Assembly (NCBI GenBank): GCA_030704615.1
Contig: CM060734.1
Location: 44,764,001-44,828,000 of the forward strand
From: Takakia lepidozioides
Lineage: Eukaryota > Plantae > Bryophyta
Direction: 5' to 3'
DNA: 64,000 nt
Shown here one piece after another: positions 63,451-64,000 of the stretch (within the stretch, counting starts at the first letter, position 1; each line of letters begins with the position of its first letter). The notes beneath the pieces were generated by a model. The model did not search any database and was not told where the DNA came from. It worked only from the letters and a program-made list of their open reading frames with translations. Made by a program: the position numbers and the translations under genes.

Positions 63451-63630
63451 TTGTATGTGTCTATGCTCCGTCTTGAAACTTACACTAGTTGACTTGTTAT
63501 ATGTTCTATGCTGGTACATTGCTTTACTCAGCTCCTCTGAAGGCCAGTTTGGAGGATTATGAAGAACATCAACGATCTCTTACTAACTGCGCTAGGAATT
63601 TTTGGTCCAACCTAACGTAAGTCGAGAAAT

Positions 63631-63942
63631 CTAGTTTATGAACAATGGAGAGGGGAGGGCACGGGGTTGTGCAGATGCTGATGGGGGAGGCTGGTGGGAC
63701 GAGGGGACCGTGGGTGTCGACAGTGAAGCTGTGGGCTGTGCTGGTGTCTGGGAGGGCTTAGGTTCCATGAGTTTTGGTCCTTCAATTTGAAGAGCCATCT
63801 TGTTGGAGTTTGTTTTGCACCCTATTCTATGACATGAACAGTAAAGCAACATCAGCAAGAAGATTATTGACCTCCACCGCTCACGGAGGGCCATAAGCTC
63901 AAGTGATGTACCCCCAATGTGGTTTTCGGCTTCGGAGTCCAT
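63631..63942 (-). CDS. Possible small secreted Pro/Ser/Thr-rich protein or fragment
   Basis: ATG start, hydrophobic IIFLLMLLYCSC, then a P/S/T-rich tail. No family recognised. Confidence 0.3.
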   Translation of the reverse strand: MDSEAENHIGGTSLELMALRERWRSIIFLLMLLYCSCHRIGCKTNSNKMALQIEGPKLMEPKPSQTPAQPTASLSTPTVPSSHQPPPSASAQPRALPSPLFIN

Positions 63943-64000
63943 TGTCTACTTCCCACAAATATGGCCGTACCAGACAAAATATTGGGAAACCCTCCCTACA

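Overview
Eukaryotic nuclear DNA from a land plant, most likely a seed-free lineage (PLS/DYW PPR relic, chloroplast DnaJ-ferredoxin gene, spliceosomal introns, and a PKA regulatory subunit, which flowering plants lack). The window is transposon-dense and contains a 500-N gap (13985-14484). Main contents: (1) an AT-rich orphan ORF running off the left edge with CxCHCH repeats; (2) a decayed PPR-DYW gene abutting a broken Ty3/gypsy chromovirus, into which a 12.85-kb non-chromovirus Ty3 element is nested (TSD GCCGT) that carries a ~1,170-codon extra sense ORF between integrase and the PPT; (3) a MULE with perfect 38-bp TIRs and a 10-bp TSD; (4) an apparently intact 9-exon cAMP-dependent protein kinase regulatory subunit gene (30180-41972, minus), which the ORF track shows only in pieces and whose introns hold SINE, LINE and LTR relics plus a ParB-like fragment; (5) a truncated choline-transporter-like relic, LINEs, a trihelix Myb/SANT-like gene, a DJC76-like gene with a disrupted N-terminus, and a poorly resolved UBZ-like gene. 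All family calls come from motif recognition by eye; no searches were run.
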